Positions 60,960 through 64,000 of a DNA stretch of 64,000 nt are shown piece after piece. A program made the translations under genes and the position numbers. The DNA comes from Burkholderiales bacterium (GTDB taxonomy: Bacteria; Pseudomonadota; Gammaproteobacteria; Burkholderiales; Usitatibacteraceae), in the NCBI GenBank assembly GCA_025360815.1, contig JANYBL010000057.1, forward strand, positions 141 to 64,140, written 5' to 3'. The notes under the pieces are model-generated. The model saw only the letters and a program-made list of their open reading frames with translations. It made no database searches and had not been told where the DNA came from. Each line of letters opens with the position of its first letter. Position 1 is the stretch's first letter.

Positions 60960-61823
60960 ATGAAAACCAGAGCCGCTGGATTTACCTTGATCGAAATTGC
61001 CATCGTATTGGTAATAATTTCTGTGCTGGTCACTATTGTCGCTGTTCCGCTTTCCACGCAACTTGAGCAAAAGCGGTTCGATGAAACGCAAAAGCAGTTA
61101 GAGGTTGTAAAAGACGCTTTGGTAGGTTTTGCTATTTCGAATGGTCGTCTGCCTTGTCCTGCCAGCGCGACCAGTTCGGCACGCGAGAGTTTTTGCTCAA
61201 ATGCCACTGGTGGCTGTGGCGCGGAAGTCTTGAGTTATGCCGCAGCGCCGCACGGTCGCTGCTTCGCGTCGAACGGGTTCATTCCTGCAAACACATTAGC
61301 TCTATCCCCCGTTGATGCACAAGGTTACATGGTGGATGCTTTTCTGAAAGCAGATAACATTAATCGCATACGTTACGCCGTGCCAGCCGTCACCGTTTCA
61401 ATCGTAAACGTGGGGTACACGGCAGCGCCTGCTAAGGATTATCAGGTATTCACTTCTACTGATGGTATGCGCAACACCACGATGGATAAAATAACTGCTT
61501 ATGCAGCGGGGCTGCTATTTATATGTCAAGAATCGCAAGCTGTGACAACCGTGTCGATCACTGGCTGCGGTGCAAGGACAGAATTGACGCGAGCGAGCCC
61601 AGCTGTCGTATTTTCGGTCGGTTCGAATGCAGAGGTGGCACTTGGCAATTTGAGCTCTGGCGGCGAAGCGAGCAATCAAACCCCAAATTCAGTCGCATTT
61701 TTCCAAGGGTCAAGGGTGGATAAACGCGGTGCAGCAACGCCCTATTATTTTGATGATCTTGTGACTTGGATTTCGCCCAACACACTTTTTCTAAGAATGG
61801 GGCAAGCGGGCAAATTACCCTAG
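60960..61823 (+). CDS. Prepilin-type N-terminal cleavage/methylation domain protein (large pilin or pseudopilin, ~287 aa)
   Basis: MKTRAAG/FTLIEIAIVLVIISVLVTIVAV is a canonical class III signal with Phe+1 and Glu+5. I count six cysteines. Confidence 0.85.
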   Translation: MKTRAAGFTLIEIAIVLVIISVLVTIVAVPLSTQLEQKRFDETQKQLEVVKDALVGFAISNGRLPCPASATSSARESFCSNATGGCGAEVLSYAAAPHGRCFASNGFIPANTLALSPVDAQGYMVDAFLKADNINRIRYAVPAVTVSIVNVGYTAAPAKDYQVFTSTDGMRNTTMDKITAYAAGLLFICQESQAVTTVSITGCGARTELTRASPAVVFSVGSNAEVALGNLSSGGEASNQTPNSVAFFQGSRVDKRGAATPYYFDDLVTWISPNTLFLRMGQAGKLP

Positions 61824-61832
61824 CTGACAAGC

Positions 61833-63554
61833 TTACTTGTTTGAAACCTCAAACCGAACTTGGCCGATCTCATTCGTCGCCAGCGTCAATAAATACCCCT
61901 GCTGCTCAGCCAGTCGCCGCGCCTGATACAGCCCTATCCCTAGCCCGCCTTGACGTGAATTGGCGATGGGGGCAACGAATAGCATTTCCAATTTCGCGCT
62001 TGGAATTGGGCTGCCGTCGTCTATGATGGCGAGCGAGGGCGCAGGTTCAGTGGAGAGTTCAATTCTAATGACCATATTGGGTTCGCGTTCTTTTTTCTTG
62101 CGAGCGTTTTCAAGGCAATTCTCCAGCACGGTGTCGAAGAGCGCAGTTGGAACGGTAACGTTCAAGTCTCCCCGTACCAGGAATGTCGCGCCACTTCCGG
62201 CATGCCGGGTGGTAACGTCGGCCCACCAGTCTTGTGCAGTCATGGCGACCCCGGTTCGGCCAATGTCGGGGTTCTGTAGCTTGTCGAGCGTGGTTTGCAG
62301 CCGCTTGCTGAGTTGCGGGAGTTGCCTGACCAGCATCGCCTCATAGCGGGAGGACTCACGGCGTTCCGGCAAATGTTGGCTCGCGTCTTGATGCGCAATG
62401 CCAGCGGATGTCAGCGCGTAAAGCGATTGCAGCAGGTTTTTAATATCGTGGGTCAGACGCGCACCAGTTTCGTGGACAGCTTGCATATAGGCGTTTTGTT
62501 TGAGCACTTGCTCGCGCCGCTTGCCTTCATAAAACTCGCCAATCACTTGCGCCAGCAGCCGAGCATGGAGAAACAGCGCAGGTGACAGCGGCATGGCAGT
62601 AAAAAAAGTGACGTCAAGCTGATGATAGCGAAAGCTCGCCGCATGCGCGGTCTTGATGCCAAAGGTGCCGGCTTTTTCGCCCCCCGAATTTCCTTCTTTT
62701 CCGCCGGTAGATCTCCATTCTCCGCCCATAATCCACGGGGTGAGCGCGACTTCCTGCATTGCATGCGCCAAAAATTGTGCCGAGCTACTCTCGCCCTCCG
62801 ACAATGCAGCAACACGCCGCATCCATAATTCAAACGGCATCCCTACCGACATTAAGTATCGCGAAAAATACGTTCGCAAACCTCCAAATCCCGCGCGCGG
62901 CCCCCACATAATCGACAGCACAAACAATGCGCCCGCAAACGACAGCACTGTCAACAACACCGCCTGAAAATATTGATTCTCCGTTACGCGCATGGCAGCG
63001 ATACTTCCCAGTACCAGCACTACCACCAGCTGAAATACAAAAAGGCTATAAAAAAAATCAAACACTTGGTTAGTCGCTTCGTCTTCGCCACGAAACGGCA
63101 GCACTAACATTGGGGACAACGTCAGTGGCAACAACATAAACGCGACACCGTAGATCCCCGCTGGCAAATTGCTGATTTTTAAAAGTGAAACCGGCACAGT
63201 CCACATCAATAGCACCGCAAATAAATAGAAGACCGCCACTAAATAAAACAGCCCGCGCCGCCCGGGCTGCAAAGTGAACACCTTACCGCCCATAATGCCG
63301 ATCAAAATCGCGATCCATGTCACTAGCATCCAGCCGGCGAGCGAGTACAGAACGACGGTGGTAATACCCATCAGCAATCCGACCGCGATGACGTTTAGCT
63401 CACGCTCCGCGCTAATGAATGGCTGCCATATCAAAAAAAGCCCGAAATGAATGAGCAGCCAGATGCGTTCAAAATCGCTTTCCGCCGGCGCCATCAGTGC
63501 GGCGTGCAGCGACAGCAACATGGCCAAGATCACCCACCGGCGCATCCTTAGCAT
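61833..63554 (-). CDS. Multi-TM sensor histidine kinase (PrsK-like architecture)
   Basis: The N-terminal ~260 aa hold about 8 hydrophobic segments. The H-box is THDIKNLLQSL and the ATP-binding motifs are DDGSPIP...GGLGIGLY. The start is either ATG 63554 (MLRMRRW) or TTG 63611. Confidence 0.8.
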   Translation of the reverse strand: MLRMRRWVILAMLLSLHAALMAPAESDFERIWLLIHFGLFLIWQPFISAERELNVIAVGLLMGITTVVLYSLAGWMLVTWIAILIGIMGGKVFTLQPGRRGLFYLVAVFYLFAVLLMWTVPVSLLKISNLPAGIYGVAFMLLPLTLSPMLVLPFRGEDEATNQVFDFFYSLFVFQLVVVLVLGSIAAMRVTENQYFQAVLLTVLSFAGALFVLSIMWGPRAGFGGLRTYFSRYLMSVGMPFELWMRRVAALSEGESSSAQFLAHAMQEVALTPWIMGGEWRSTGGKEGNSGGEKAGTFGIKTAHAASFRYHQLDVTFFTAMPLSPALFLHARLLAQVIGEFYEGKRREQVLKQNAYMQAVHETGARLTHDIKNLLQSLYALTSAGIAHQDASQHLPERRESSRYEAMLVRQLPQLSKRLQTTLDKLQNPDIGRTGVAMTAQDWWADVTTRHAGSGATFLVRGDLNVTVPTALFDTVLENCLENARKKKEREPNMVIRIELSTEPAPSLAIIDDGSPIPSAKLEMLFVAPIANSRQGGLGIGLYQARRLAEQQGYLLTLATNEIGQVRFEVSNK

Positions 63555-63612
63555 GTTGGCGGGCAAAGTTTGCAGAATTTTATGATCGATTGAATTCAAC
63601 GCGGTGCCCAAA

Positions 63613-63654
63613 TAAACGAAAACGAGTAAACGAAAACGAGTAAACGAAAATGAC
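63613..63654. repeat. 14-bp tandem repeat TAAACGAAAACGAG (two perfect units plus one partial) upstream of the kinase gene
   Basis: taaacgaaaacgag occurs at 63613-63626 and 63627-63640. taaacgaaaatgac follows at 63641-63654. Confidence 0.8.
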
Positions 63655-64000
63655 TGAAGCCGAACGCGAAGTCAAATGAAGGTGCGTTCGAAACGGATGG
63701 CGAATGAAACGGGAAGTTAAGTCTAGCGGCGAGACGACCGGTTCAAGCGAATTCAAACTCGTTAGGCCTCCGATACGCGTCGTCTGGTAAGACTAACCCG
63801 AACAAGTGAGTATGCCAAGTAAAGCCGTCCAACTTACGCTGGCGTTTTGAAGTGCCCACTAGGTTATTCCCGTTTCGTTTCCCTCGATGTGACAGCAGAG
63901 TTAGGGGTGTTCATTTAGCACCGAGCGTTCGCACCGCCGAAAAGGCGGACACATTCTATATTGCGTGTATCAAAATTTGACAGTTCGTCAGGCGCTTATA

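Noticed and set aside
63613-63654. Tandem repeats here, at 33409-33460 and at 39562-39592, considered as possible CRISPR arrays
   Set aside because: The units are 11-14 bp and directly adjacent with no spacers. There are only 3-5 copies and no cas genes in the window.
63660-64000. Tested by eye whether this region is tmRNA, RNase P RNA, 6S, SRP RNA or a common riboswitch
   Set aside because: None of the hallmark motifs is present on either strand. I looked for GGAAAGTCCGG, a tmRNA tag and acceptor end, the SRP GGAA loop context, and the TPP, glycine, ykkC, fluoride and ZTP cores.

Overview
This looks like a chromosomal segment of a Gram-negative bacterium. The mlaFEDCB / ABC-2 / bolA-like / murA / hisGDCB gene order suggests a betaproteobacterium. 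No rRNA, tRNA, CRISPR array, transposase or integrase was seen.

Layout:
- 1-12.7 kb: a partial TolB-propeller/amidohydrolase gene, a cobalamin riboswitch with btuB, a tricorn-like S41 protease, LPS-core glycosyltransferases and msbA.
- 13-27 kb: ygiD-gstA with a divergent LysR regulator, an OPT transporter, an OmpR-type regulator facing a MASE1 hybrid kinase, an EAL protein, dacB and bioA.
- 27.2-31.2 kb: a tightly packed polyamine-type module (DUF350, glutathionylspermidine-synthase-like ATP-grasp, GNAT, DUF1190, SpeE-like, pyruvoyl AdoMetDC).
- 31.4-44.7 kb: tkt, hisBCDG, murA and the Mla lipid-asymmetry genes.
- 45.1-63.6 kb: the accessory part of the window.

The accessory locus is an MSHA-like type IV filament / secretion cluster. 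It encodes an MshM/ExeA-like ATPase fused to a SPOR-like domain, a lipoprotein secretin, a TPR protein, an MshE-like ATPase and a GspF-like platform. A translationally coupled block follows: a PilM/N-like fusion, a PilO-like protein, a periplasmic protein, a 683-aa Cys-rich pseudopilin-like protein and a 293-aa prepilin. A PrsR-like sigma-54 response regulator sits at one end and a multi-TM PrsK-like histidine kinase at the other. I see no prepilin peptidase and no small major pilin, so this is the best candidate for an undescribed system.

The supplied ORF track uses alternative start codons. It also omits the reverse-strand gene that runs off the left edge. Several starts were refined by eye. 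All homology calls come from motif recognition, not database searches.
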